A DNA stretch of 64,000 nucleotides from the human T2T-CHM13v2.0 reference genome, Homo sapiens: assembly GCF_009914755.1 (NCBI RefSeq), contig NC_060930.1. The stretch is one strand, 5' to 3'. A program made the translations under genes and the position numbers. Shown one piece after another: positions 51,565 through 64,000 of this stretch (positions are counted from its first letter, which is position 1; each line of letters opens with the position of its first letter). The notes under the pieces were generated by a model that saw only the letters and a list, made by a program, of their open reading frames with translations, was not told the DNA's origin and searched no databases.

Positions 51565-52170
51565 GCAGCAGGTCTCATTCTCCTTGGTCTCAGACCCCTT
51601 TACACTTAAAAGTTATTGCAGATTACAGGTTTACCAGAAAAATTTTAAAATATGTATTTATTCATTTCAAAATATCAGTACAGCAACTACATGTTAATGT
51701 TGTTTTTGCAAAAAGCCTCTATGTTTTCCAAAAAAAAAAATTAAAAGAGCAGCATTCTTTTACACTTTTGCAAATCTGCATAATATCTGAATCCCATGAA
51801 AGAGGGCTGGGCCACATGCAGACTCCTGCAGTCAGGCCATGGCAATGTGTTGTTCTGCTGTTGAAGTCAAAAAGAAAAGTCAGGGAGGTCCTTGTTAGTC
51901 GCCTTTTCAGGCAACTGCGGACTCTTCCTTGATACCACATCAAAACTCAACAAGCCGTCATCCTCTAAAGACCACAGTGTAGAATCTGAAGCCGGTCGGT
52001 GACCGCGTGCCTGCTGCTGTATCACAACACGTTGGTCTGTCCTGCACTTTGAATGAATCTTTTTCCTGTGAACATCATGTTTGGGTCATGTGGAAAATAC
52101 TGGTTCACTGAGTTACGGAGATTTTCCAAATGCTGACACAGTTCAACAGATGGTATTTTTAAAATCACGT
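51565..52170. mobile_element. Charlie1/MER64-like hAT DNA transposon remnant
   Basis: The start ggtctcagacccctttacacttaaaagttattg and later cactttgaatgaatctttt...gtcatgtggaaaatactggttcactgagtta resemble the recalled Charlie1 consensus. Confidence 0.6.
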
Positions 52171-52373
52171 GTACAACGTACAGGGCCTCGTACGTTGCAG
52201 ACCGGTTGTGTCCACAAGCGTGCTGCCTGTGCCGGATGCCAGGGCCCAAAGATGAGTCTACCTGGGCCTGCCCACCAGAAGCTCATTCTTGGGCAGGGCA
52301 GACAGTAAGACGGGCGACCCATGTGGGCGAGGTGACAGCACGGACTCAGGTAACCGGAAAAAAGAAGACGGTG

Positions 52374-52612
52374 GCGTGCGCTGTGAGCCGGGTGGGCGGG
52401 ATCCGCGCGTGCGCTGTGAGCCGGGTGGGCGGGATCCGCGCGTGCGCTGTGAGCCGGGTGGGCGGGATCCGCGCGTGCGCTGTGAGCCGGGTGGGCGGGA
52501 TCCGCGCGTGCGCTGTGAGCAGGGTGGGCGGGATCCGCGCGTGCGCTGTGAGCAGGGTGGGCGGGATCCGCACGTGCGCTGTGAGCAGGGTGGGCAGGAT
52601 CCGCACGTGCGT
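52374..52612. repeat. 33-bp CpG-dense minisatellite, ~7 copies (gcgtgcgctgtgagccgggtgggcgggatccgc)
   Basis: Directly visible, with one BamHI site per unit and divergence increasing toward the right. Confidence 0.96.
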
Positions 52613-52613
52613 G

Positions 52614-53300
52614 TGCCCTTGAGAACCTGCGTCCAGTGTGCGGGAGGCGGAGGTGAACCCACAGAGCAGGGCGCCTGCCCTTGAGGACCTGCGTCCAGTG
52701 TGCGGGAGGCGGAGGTGAACCCACAGAGCAGGGCGCCTGCCCTTGAGGACCTGCGTCCAGTGTGCGGGAGGCGGAGATGAACCCACAGAGCAGGGCGCCT
52801 GCCCTTGAGGACCTGCATCCAGTGTGCGGGAAGCGGAGATGAACCCACAGAGCAGGGCGCCTGCCCTTGAGGACCTGCATCCAGTGTGCGGGAAGCGGAG
52901 ATGAACCCACAGAGCAGGGCGCCTGCCCTTGAGGACCTGTGTCCAGTGTGCGGGAGGCGGAGGTGAACCCACAGAGCAGGGCGCCTGCCCTTGAGGACCT
53001 GCGTCCAGTGTGCGGGAGGCGGAGGTGAACCCACAGAGCAGGGTGCCTGCCCTTGAGGACCTGCGTCCAGTGTGCGGGAGGCGGAGGTGAACCCACAGAG
53101 CAGGGCGCCTGCCCTTGAGGACCTGTGTCCAGTGTGCGGGAGGCGGAGATGAACCCACAGAGCAGGGCGCCTGCCCTTGAGGACCTGCGTCCAGTGTGCG
53201 GGAGGCGGAGGTGAACCCACAGAGCAGGGCGCCTGCCCTGGAGGACCTGCGTCCAGTGTGCGGGAAGCGGAGATGAACCCACACAGGAGGGCGCCCGCCC
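52614..53300. repeat. 62-bp GC-rich minisatellite, ~11 copies
   Basis: Unit tgcccttgaggacctgcgtccagtgtgcgggaggcggaggtgaacccacagagcagggcgcc. The period is 62 (52621 vs 52683). Confidence 0.96.
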
Positions 53301-53950
53301 TGGGCAGCAGCAAGCCTTCCCCACCCACCAAACAGAACCTGGCCCACGAGTGTTTCACCACCAGGTCTGATCTGATTTAGGAGGGCTGTGGGGTTGTCCT
53401 GATAAGTCAAATTTTGTTAAAAACATGTTCTTAGAGCCGTGGCATTGGCCACACTCTGGGTGTGAGACTGCAGGGTGCTCAAAGGGTGTGGCCCTTCCCG
53501 GTCACCTTCCTCAGTCCAGACGTGCCTCTGCCACTCAGAGTGCGTGCCAGGCCCAACCAGCCGTGGCCCTCGGTTCCCTGGGGTGACAGGAAGGGAGAGA
53601 AAAGCACATCAGGTAGGCAGGAGCAGGGGAGAAGGCAGCTCCACGTAAACTGTAATGAGACAAAGAGGGCAGGAATCTCGTTTTAAAAGTCACAGAAACA
53701 AATGAATTTTAACCTTTTTCTCACAAGATAACCCTCCTGCAACATTTCCTTTTCTTCGTTTTCTTTGCTTTCATGGTTATGCTGGGTTGGAACATGCCCT
53801 GGCTACAAATCATACTAGGCCTTTGATAGACTTTAAAAATGGCCAAATGAAATACAGAGAATATAAAGGATTCAGAAGTAATTAATTCAAAACTACAACC
53901 TACTTTGAAACATTTATGCAGAGAAATTCGTTGTTACAAAAGAGGGTCAG

Positions 53951-54272
<322 letters not shown>

Positions 54273-54434
54273 TCACGATCTGACCCTTTAATCCCATTGC
54301 TGTTTTCTGCACCGTTGGTCTATCCCCTTCTTTTTTTTTTTTGGAACACTCACACGCAATCACCCGGCTGAAAGATGGTTAGAAAAAGAAATTATGAAGA
54401 GCCTGGAAAATCCACAAACCAGACAGTCAGCCCC

Positions 54435-54815
54435 TGAGGCGTGGAGACGCCTTCCCTTCCTGGGTTTCTGGCGCGGGCGCAGACCCTTCCCCAGCCTGGA
54501 GGGCGCTGCCGGTGTCAGAAGCGGAGGTTTCGGAGGCGGCTGCAGCCTCGGAATAGCCGGTCACAGCCACTGCGCTGCTGTCGGTGAAAGGCAGCCCGGG
54601 ACCTGAGGCCAAACGCAAGCTCAGGCCGCAGCTACCAAGGGAACCTGCCTAAGCGGGCGGCACAGAAGGGAGCGCCGGGGACGCTCTGGTTTTCAGATCC
54701 CCTTTCGGAAGGTGAGATTGTTTTTCATAACAGGCAAAGGAAGATAAGCCCCGCGCCCGGCGAAACCCTGGCCCTCCCTCGCTGCTGCCTCTGGCCCTGT
54801 GTGCAGCTGAACGCA
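54435..54815. promoter_or_regulatory. Small non-repetitive CpG-rich patch, candidate promoter or enhancer
   Basis: High GC with many CpGs (ggcgcgggcgc, gcgggcgg, ccccgcgcccggcg) in sequence I do not recognise as a repeat. The function is inferred only. Confidence 0.5.
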
Positions 54816-54944
54816 GCTCTTATTTAAATCATGTTGAGGAATTAATACTGGTGAACTGACAGGTTTTCTCTAATACAAAGTTTAATAACCGCTTAAAACA
54901 AGCCAATAAAGAAGAATGAGATGTTTTTAAAATCAAGAATTTGA

Positions 54945-55250
54945 CCTGGCTCAGTATCTCACACCTATAATCCCAGCACTTTGGGACACTGAGGTGGGGG
55001 GGATCACTTGAGGCCAGGAGTTCGAGACCAGCCTGGCCAACATGGCAAAACCCAGTCTCTACTAAAAATACAAAAATTAGCCGAGCATGGTGGCGGGCGC
55101 CTGTAATCCCAGCTACTCCGGAGGCTGAGGCAGGAGAGTCGCTTGAACTCAGGAGGAGGACGGAGGCTGCAGTGAGCCGAAATGAATCCACTGTACACCA
55201 GCCTGGGTGACAAAGTGAGACTCTGTCTCTAAAAAATAACAAATAAATAA
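54945..55250 (+). mobile_element. Alu (AluS-like) with TSD
   Basis: Dimeric Alu with TSD aaaatcaagaattt on both sides. Confidence 0.93.
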
Positions 55251-56642
55251 AATCAAGAATTTACTAAGCATAACGTAGTTTAATGTTATCCTCATCCCTT
55301 TGAGATGTGTTACAAAAACATGTCTGATGGGAGCTCGAGAGCCACGAGTCCCTTGTCCTGTTTTCAGTGAGTGTTTTCTCCACACCCCTCCCCGGCCCGG
55401 GAGCACAAACAGGCCTGGCCTTGACCTAAAGTCTCTCTGTTTTTTTTCCTACTGCACTCAGGCCCCCAATGGCTGCTCTTCTCTTCCTCTTTTGCCTACT
55501 AGCTGGAACAGGAATTTAAATCCAAGAAGCCTACCTCCTGCACAGGACACAGGTGGATGTGAGGGAATGGTCTGGGTGGAGCTGCCCTGGCTGAATGTCT
55601 GCAGCTGTGCCAGCTGCCTAGGCACGTGAGGAGGGTGGCCAGGCTGCCTCACAATCTCTGGCTGGTCGTCAGTGGGCTGGATGGGTGCAATGGCGGTGTG
55701 AGGACACAGGACAGTGGAGGCCGTAATCCACGTCCCCTGAGCAACCTTTCACGCAGCCACTCTACACTCCCGTGTACCAGAGAGCTCTGCCCCACCCAGA
55801 GCAGGACCTGTGTCCTGAGAAACCACCCAGCAGCTGTGGCTTCTCCCAAAGGCCTCCGTCCCAAGCCGCCGGTTGTGTGGTTGCATGGCTGCTGTGGTGG
55901 CATTCTTAAGGCCTGAGGAAATATGCGTTGAAATGCACACAGGCCTGGGCTGGGGGAGCCCAGGAAAGTGCTCCAGCTCCTGCATATTCCTGGATGAGTT
56001 TCGCCCCCCCGTGGTTCCTGGCTGCTCCAGTTCAGCATCCTCTTGTGCCCAGCTGGCTTAGAGTTAGCCTAGAAAAACACAGTTGAGGAAGTAAATCTTC
56101 CACTGAGTAAGGGTATACATTCCAAAGTCAAATAAAGGGTGATGGATTAGAAGCTGTCCCCTCCAGTGTGGCTGCCTCCCAGAAATCACACATTCTGAAC
56201 CATGGAGGTGTCGAGCACAGACCGCACCTCCACCCGCAGGTTGCCCTCTTCAGACACCAGCTCAGGCTAGAGGGCAGGCAGCGACAATGCACCTGGCCCC
56301 TGAGCACTTAGACCTACCGGCTCAGGTCTGTACTGCCCTGCTTGGCACAGATTCCCCAAGGGCAGGGTTCTGTCCTGTGCACGGCTGAGTCTCCGCTGCC
56401 TTGTGGAGCTTCTGGCACATTCTTAGTCATTTGAAAAGCTATTGAATGAAGGAGCCCATGAGGTATGTGGATTCACCTTGGAAGGAGCAGGAGCTGTGGG
56501 TCACCACAGATGGCCATTGTAAGACTGCCCTTGCCTGGAAGCACAGAACAGCTCAGTGGGCAGTGTCCCCAGGCACACAGGGACCCCCCGCCCCCAGCCC
56601 AGATGCTCCCAAACATCTAGAAACACGGTGATCCCAGCTGCT

Positions 56643-56770
56643 CTGTGTTTCAACAGGAAGGATAGAGGCTCATGAGAGCCGGGTCTGTGTCTCAGCAGGA
56701 AGGACAGAGGCTCATGAGAGCTGGGTCTGTGTTTCAGCAGGAAGGACAGAGGCCCATGAGAGCCGGGGTC
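56643..56770. repeat. 42-bp tandem repeat, 3 copies
   Basis: ctgtgtttcagcaggaaggacagaggctcatgagagccgggt repeated three times with a few substitutions. Confidence 0.88.
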
Positions 56771-57976
56771 ACGGGGGAAGCTGGGGCAAGGAATCCACAA
56801 GGGGTGTGTCAGCTCCTCAGGGAGACGTGGTTCTGTTTTTCTTTTCATGTGGTTTCATGGAAAATACCTTGATGAAAACTATCAGCAAAAGTCAAAGAAC
56901 TTTTTACAGGAAAGAAAATAAATGCACCAACTCATCTACCTGCATATCAGACGTGATCCCATCAAACGAGGAGGGCCACAACAAACAGAAACCCCCCATA
57001 AAGAATGTCTACTTTCCATAAGTGAATAAAGTCACAAAACATATCACCTGATGATCGCCATTTTCATTTCAACGTCATCCTTCATTAAGTTGTCTACACA
57101 AGTTTTATTCCGTTCTCTTAACCTGAAGCTTGCTTTTAAAAACAAAATCCACGAACCCATCGCACATGCTAAGCAGTTACACTCCTGGATGGCCAGGAGC
57201 TTGTTCAGGTGTTTATTCACTCATTCATGGTTTTTGGAGCAATTACTGTGCCCAGTGCTGGGGCAACAAAGGCAAGAGACAGTTCTCACCTTCAAGTTGC
57301 TCCCAGGCTGGCTCTGCTACCCAAGAGCTACAAACAGAGATCTTCCTGAACTCGCCTTTTGGCCTCAGGATGATGTGGTATAGAAAAAATTCATTAGCAA
57401 ACAGTCACCTAGAAATTTAGAGCTGTAACATTTGTTAAGGAACACACAGAAAAAGAGCACACATTGATGCTTTGAAACAAAATAAAAACTCATTGCATTA
57501 TATTTGGTCTTAAGGTGTGAATTATGTGCAAGGACATCTGCTCCGTCAGTATTTCTTGAGTATCTAACGAAGGCAGGACACTTCATTGACTCCACATCTA
57601 AATTCATAACAGTGTTGACTTCATTGTTACTGAAAATACTGGAAAGAAACGAAAAACTATCAGATAAAAGTGTTCTCAGTTCTGAGCAGCAACGAGACTA
57701 TTAAATAATTAACATTTAGAACATTGATGGAAAATATTTGGTGTTTTCTCCCTTTTCCAAGTTAATCTAAAACAAGCCGTAGTAAATGCCTCAAAACATG
57801 TTTCCTATGCCCTCCATGGAAGAGAAGCTGCAACTTGAACAGGTCCTCAGGGCCTCCTGTCACACTAGCCCCCTGCCTGCAGCATCAATTTCAGGAGTGG
57901 GGAGAGAGCCATGATGTCCATCCACATTGTTGTCCAAATGTCCAGAGTGAGTGCAACTGGGGTTGGGGTAATAGGC

Positions 57977-58415
57977 TGTCAACAGAAATAAACAGAGGGA
58001 GGCTCTAAGAGAAAATGACATTGATTTGGGAAATAGGACATTGCAATGAGAATACACGTGCCATTGTAGATTATGTGCACATTCAGGGAAGCAAAGAAGA
58101 CAAAGGTTTTTAAGGGAAGAGTGAGGAGGAACCCAGGATTGTTTTGAGATAAGTATCCTTGGCTACAAAGATGAATAACAAGGGAGATTCCAGTTCAGTG
58201 CTGGACAGGCACTTGCTGGACAGATGTAGAAGAATTTTTTGTGTAAGGTTGCAATGGCGTTTGTGCAGGGTCATGATTTTTTTCAGTCTTTTGTGATTGT
58301 TCTTGTGCAGTGGCGCATGACCACCCTCCCTTTATGGTCTTTCCCAGCTCTATTTGTCAGAGCATTTCTTAACACAAGTGACTCCATTTTGATTTTGAAT
58401 CTGACAACTTCCACA
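57977..58415 (-). mobile_element. ERV1-class LTR (MER4-group, MER31-like); 3' LTR of an antisense element
   Basis: TG...CA termini. The minus strand starts tgtggaagttgtcagattcaaaatcaaaatggagtcacttgtgttaa and is preceded by the PPT-like gatcaaaagtggaaaa. Confidence 0.7.
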
Positions 58416-61400
58416 TTTTCCACTTTTGATCAAGGTCTTTCTCCAAAAGTATCACAAATCAATCCCACCGTAGTGAGGTCTGATGTCCCCTGATGCCAAG
58501 ATGGACCTGTCCTGGGCTGCTGGTCTGGTTCCACACTAGGGGTAGTGATTGGTGAGTAGGAGTCATTGTCAAAACCCTTTAGCCACATTTGAGCAACAAG
58601 GGAGGTTTGAAGGGAGTGGCTGTCAGGCTAAGTCTACCTGGAGTCTAGTATTACGTTCAATTTTGTCTTTTTCCATAGTCTTCTGTTATCATCTCAAAGT
58701 GCTGGGCCAGCATTATTCTGTTAGGAGTTGTACTTCTACAAAAATTTAACAAGTAACAAATACAAAGTTTTAAAAGGGGAGATTCAAAGTAAAATTATTA
58801 GTAATGTGACTATCCTAGTCTGCATAATGATTTTGAGCCATGAACCTTAAAGGCAGCCAACTGGATAAATCAATTGACCATGATCCCGTCAAGTGAAATA
58901 GGTGAGCTTTAAGAGGGTTAAAAGTCTTATTATGATACAGAGTTCTGTTCTAATGTCGGAAAAATCTGTCTACAGCATGGAACCATCCACTTCTCAGCCT
59001 GGTTTGCAGTTTGAATGTCTCTGGTTGTGGTACTGGGTGTTCCTCAAACATCAGACATATGACTTGTTCCTTAAAATTTATATAATTTCAGTTTACTGGG
59101 CTTCAGGAAGAGAGCAGTATTCAATTTTAGTAACTCTGGAAGAAAGTTGGATTGGAGGAATTAGGATAATTCAAGTCTAGTCTGTAGGTAGATAACAAGA
59201 GCTGGAAAACAATGCATAGAGCTACAATCTAATAAGAGGTGTATTACAGCTTTTCTTCAGAAACATTTTCTCCCTACATTTGTCGCACAGGATTCTCAGA
59301 TTTAAAAACTTCTGGGGGCTAGGAAGCCAAACCAAAGCAGACTTTAGATTTTACTTATAGTCTTAAAGTTCCTGGGCCTGCCGGGAAGTGACCATTTTTA
59401 CCTACTCACTGTAAATCCAGGAACCCTTCAAACCAGGCACTCTGTGCACATTCACGAGTACGACATAAGCAGTGTTTCAAATTATGTTCTGTTGTAAAGA
59501 GAGAGCTGATTTTTATTGAACTTAGCAAATCACTTTATTGCCATAAAAATACTCATGAATGATTTTCAAATTTTGGAGAAATCAGGAAGGGAGAAAAAAA
59601 ACAAATGCTTCCATTACAAAAGTATGCTTTACCAAATTGCTGTAAATTACAGATAGTTTAAGAGAGAGAATGTCATTACAGCTGGAAAGCAAGACATTTA
59701 AGTAAAGAACTAATAATGTTTTAAATAAAAATAACAAAAATATTATCAATTATTTAATCTCATGTGATTAATCTTTGTTCTGCTTGACCTTGAGCAGTTT
59801 CATGAGCCCACCAGTTTCTTCATTAGAGTTTTTTAAATATTGTATTTATTCCATTGATGTTAAAGTTATAAGAATCTATATGTAAGAGCACTTGTTGAAA
59901 TCTTTTCCATGAGTCTGATTGCAGATGCTTTTAGGGGAGAATGTAAAACAATAACTGTAGATGACACTTAGAATAGCCATGGTTAAAACTCTGATGGAAG
60001 TTTATTATAATCAGTAAGTAACAAGGAAATAGAGTTATTTTTATAGCACATGACATAATATCCAGAATTAGGACTGATGACATATTAGAGTTCTATGAAT
60101 TTATATAATTTTTGAAACATTCACATCCATAACATTCCCATAAATGTAACTGAATGATCTAGTGTCACTTATCATTTCACGATGCTTTCCATATAATTTA
60201 TCGAATAAGCCTAATTATTTAATATCTCTACAAGATGAGAGATAACATTGTGTGAGGCTCTCCAGGGGCCCAACTAGAAAATTTCAAAGTTAATTCTAGA
60301 CCAAAAAGACTTAATTTAGAATTTCAATCCTGGGGAAGCCTGCCAAGGATACAAAAAGGTTCAAAACACTCGACCAAAACAGAACCACAGGTCACAGTGA
60401 AATAACTTCATTTAACCAGAATAAAGTCATTTAACCAGAGTAGTAATCAAAAGACTTCAAAGCAATACAGAAAAGTACATGGATGTTAAAACCTTAACCC
60501 TTTTCAAGCTGTTTTCCTAAGTAACCAAAAACGTAATAGAGACAACACAGGAAATTGTCTTGGTAAAAGGTAAATCCACTGGGCTTTTTAAAGGGCCAGT
60601 TACCAAGAAGGTGGAGAAACCCTCCTGCACTGCGATTGCTCTTCCTTCTGGGAAGCCCATTTAGATATCTTGGAAATTGAATCTGATGAAAGGTACTTGA
60701 ATTTAATTAAACACAGAAAAAAAAATGTGTGTCCAAACTTATGAATGTGTCCCATATTGTAAAGGAGTATAAATAAGAAAACCAGTACCTTCAGCAAGTC
60801 AGAGTGCACGGCTCTTAGTGTCAGTATATGAGATTTCCTGGTTACATGGAACAATTCAGACTCATCAAGGAAAGCCAAGAGTACAGAATCAAGTTATACG
60901 GGGGAAAGCATTGCTTTTCCAGGCCTCCAAGGTAAACATTTCTGCTTCAGGCCCTCACAACAGAATTAGAGCTGGAGAAAAACTTTACAGGAGCTGATGA
61001 AGTTGGAGAGAGTTGTCATCCCAGGCCTCCTCGCGGGGAGGAAAGGAAGAGCAGAGGTTGATGATGCCTGGCCGGCAAGTCACGTGCAGTGAGATCCAGC
61101 AAAAGAGCCTGTGAGATACGAACCTGAGAGGCTTCAAGAGGAAAACGCTGCCTTGAGAAATGAAACTACTGTTCTGAATGAAAAAAGCAGGTCTAATCTG
61201 AAACTAGGGAAACAATGGAGACTGTAAAACAGAAAAGAGAGAAGCTGCTGTTAAGACCAGATCAAAATTTCAAAAAAACCTTGTTCTAACATAGAGTACC
61301 AAGTTTTTAGTTTTGTATTAGTGTATTTTTAATATTGAAGCTCAATCTTCAGAAAGACTTATAAATAATTTCCTTCTAATTATAGCCAACTTAATTCCTT

Positions 61401-61627
61401 TTATAAATTCATCCTTCACAAACCTCATCACAACTTATTCCAACGTTTGACAACATACTTAGAATTTCTGCTTTGTCCCCTATTTACTGTTTCTTAAATA
61501 ACCAGCTGTTTTAAGACAAAAATTTCTACTCAAGATTTTTTCTTACATAAAATTATTCTTTTCTTTTTAATAGCCTTCCTCACCAAGAATGCATCTTCAA
61601 ACCCATAACATTCCTCGTATCTCTCTC

Positions 61628-61706
61628 TCCTACTTATTGTCTTGCCTCTGTTTCCTACTTTCTGTCTTGCCTCTGTTTCCTACTTTCTGCCTTGCCTCTG
61701 TTTCCT
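61628..61706. repeat. 25-bp pyrimidine-rich tandem repeat, 3 copies
   Basis: tcctactttctgtcttgcctctgtt repeated three times. Confidence 0.8.
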
Positions 61707-63839
61707 TCCTAAATCCATATTTGGAAACAACCTTTAAATAACCTGGCAATTAGACAGAATTATTCTTTCTCTCAATAAAGAACCCATTTTATGCCTTTAT
61801 CATTTTTCTAATCAAAAACATTTTCCTTTTTTGTATATTTTATATGCAGAATTATATATATATTAATTAGAATTTTAACTCTTAGTAACCTTAATTTCTG
61901 GCAAGCAATTTTGAACTATTTGTCACATATTGGTATTTTATAGATGAGAACCATTTTATAATTCTTAAAAATATGTTTCTCCATACAACATAATATTTTA
62001 TGTATATTAATAAACCCAAATATATTTAGTCTTTCTATAAAATGTAAGAAGACAAGAACAAATGTATATTTATGTTTAGCAATTGATGTTTCAGGTTTTT
62101 AAATCTTATTTAGAAATGACCTAGACATTTAATGAATATCTGTTGTTTAACTTAACATAATATGAAGATTTCAAATTACAAGAAAAGCTTATTTATAAGC
62201 ATTTATTCCATTTACATTTACCTAGTTTGTTTTTAACAATTTACCTAGATTAGTTATGAAAACTGAGATACTAGACAAAGCTTGTCATCATTTCAAGTTA
62301 TTTCCTGTTAACCATTTTTATAGCCTGTGAATATCAGGCATTCATCTAAGTAAGAACCTTAAAGTTAAATATATGGGTATTTTGTCAATAACCTTGAAGA
62401 TACAGCTGTCTTATTAAACCACAATATTAAATTAGTCTTATTTATCAAAGAATTGCACAAAGATCACTCTGTTTCAGGCTAGCAGAGACAAATATAAAAC
62501 TATTGCACCAGTCAACCCAGGCAAAAATGTGTACTCACAATTTTGAAGATATTACTAGTTTTATTTTACCAATGATTTTTAAACCAGCTTATTTATCAAA
62601 GATCTACTTAGGTCACATGAAATAGAAGACATTTAGGTTAATAGCTGTGTACTTTATATGAGCACTTGTTTAAGCAAATCTGAATAGAATTTCTTAGGGA
62701 TTTCTGGCCCACTATGCCAGACTACCACGTAGATACAACGTACAACATAATACATGTACATGTGCATAAACACACCTAAAGGTATATACATACACAAAGC
62801 TCTTATAGCTTTCATTTTAGAATTTTAGTCATGAGACAGTAAAATATACAAACTCACTAGTTTATAAAATATAGTTGGCTCCAAATTACATTTCTGACAA
62901 AATGGGAACTGTTCACATGGCAAAAACTATTTGCCCTGATAGTCTAATGAAAGCTGTGGACCAAAATGTTGGGTTAAGCAGTTTGGTTTTAAAAGACATT
63001 TTTGTTTGTTTGTTCCAAATGAGTTTAATGTTAAATTTTTAATGTTTATGTTTTAGCTTGAACTGGCTGAATTATACAAGAAAAAAAAATCCAAGTAGCC
63101 TTGCATTAGTAAAAAATCTGTCTTGTGTTTGCAGTCTGGTTCCCTTGCACCTGACTGGTCAATGCAGGTGGGGAAACATTTTAGCAGGTTTTGGGGGGCT
63201 TTTTTCCCTTGGCTCCTGCATGACAGAAAAAGCAATGTTTATGCCAGAGATATAAAAAATTATATTACTGCTCTGAGCTCAAGATTTTGACCTGTTTGAT
63301 CTCAGATCCTAACTTTTATAAACATTTATCTAGGTCTTTCCTTTTAGACTATCAGTCTTTCAATTAACTGTTCCATCACCCTAAGCAACTGTTAGGCAAA
63401 TCTAAATTTACATTTTCAAAAAGTGTCTATGTTGTTGGCTACCATGGAGCTGTTATAATTTGTAAAACCAGTAATTTGAAAGCCCTTTAAGACTTTTTTA
63501 AAAGAACCTTGGCTGGAATATCATAAGCAGTGAGTTTTATCTCAATACCAGCAGAAGGGTCAGCAGATTGGACATAAGCAGAAAAAAAATAGAGGACTTA
63601 GAATGCTAACTCTATAGTTGTAGATTTGTTTTAGAAAGTTCAGATAATGACCACTCAGCTCTGAATTTTCCTTGGCGTAATTTGCCCATCAGTTTAAAAA
63701 TGTAATGAGAACGGGCCATAATACAGCCAGCTGGAGTCCCAGAATACCTGGCACGTCCTCATGTTTGAGAATCCCATTCCGTTTCTTATTAATCTCTTGA
63801 GAGCAAAGAAAATCCTATAAATCCTCTCAAGAGAATGTT

Positions 63840-63994
63840 GGGAGTCTGGACCAGCATTTTAGAGAGACTGTCGGGAGTCTGGACCAGCGTTTTAGAGAGA
63901 CTGTCGGGAGTCTGGACCAGCGTTTTAGAGAGACTGTCGGGAGTCTGGACCAGCGTTTTAGAGAGACTGTCGGGAGTCTGGACCAGCGTTTTAG
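63840..63994. repeat. 33-bp tandem repeat, ~5 copies (gggagtctggaccagcgttttagagagactgtc)
   Basis: Copies start at 63840, 63873, 63906, 63939 and 63972. Confidence 0.93.
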
Positions 63995-64000
63995 ATAGTG

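Larger units (their letters stand above)
58416..64000 (-). mobile_element. Non-coding, degraded ERV1 internal sequence (MER4-group-int-like) continuing past the window
   Basis: AT-rich sequence adjoining the PPT/LTR, with motifs recalled from MER4-group internals (ggaagccaaaccaaagcagactttagattt, cctgggcctgccgggaagtgac). No gag/pol/env ORF. Confidence 0.6.

Noticed and set aside
52143-53410. 354-393 aa minus-strand ORFs
   Set aside because: They are produced by the 33-bp and 62-bp VNTRs and are open in all three frames, which is typical of repeat artefacts.
58416-64000. Intact retroviral gag/pol/env genes
   Set aside because: No ORF above ~90 aa and no retroviral protein motifs.

Overview
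This is primate, almost certainly human, genomic DNA rich in Alu, L1, MER and ERV elements. It holds the 3' end of FAM120B on the + strand (gene known from distal 6q27). Four coding exons (6976-7182, 9702-9810, 14330-14422, 35546-35586) splice in frame to the C-terminus ...PDYINPRAVQLG...HDQWRRY*. A 161-nt intron follows 11 nt after the stop codon, then a terminal UTR exon with several poly(A) signals. The dominant feature is a ~14.2 kb intronic 39-bp minisatellite (~365 units, 17140-31315). Its rare variant units reveal a higher-order structure of alternating ~2.2 kb and ~1.1 kb blocks (~3.3 kb super-period), and every unit carries splice-donor-like motifs on the transcribed strand. Other tandem arrays have 38, 33+62 (abutting, CpG-rich), 21, 42, 25 and 33 bp units. 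The rest is old L1, Alu, DNA-transposon and LTR/ERV sequence plus a small CpG-rich patch near 54.5 kb. I see no CRISPR array, RNA gene or intact mobile-element ORF. I cannot support a claim of a new biological system: the best leads are the VNTR architecture and its possible effect on FAM120B 3'-end processing. Repeat subfamily names come from recalled consensus sequences and need RepeatMasker/Dfam confirmation.
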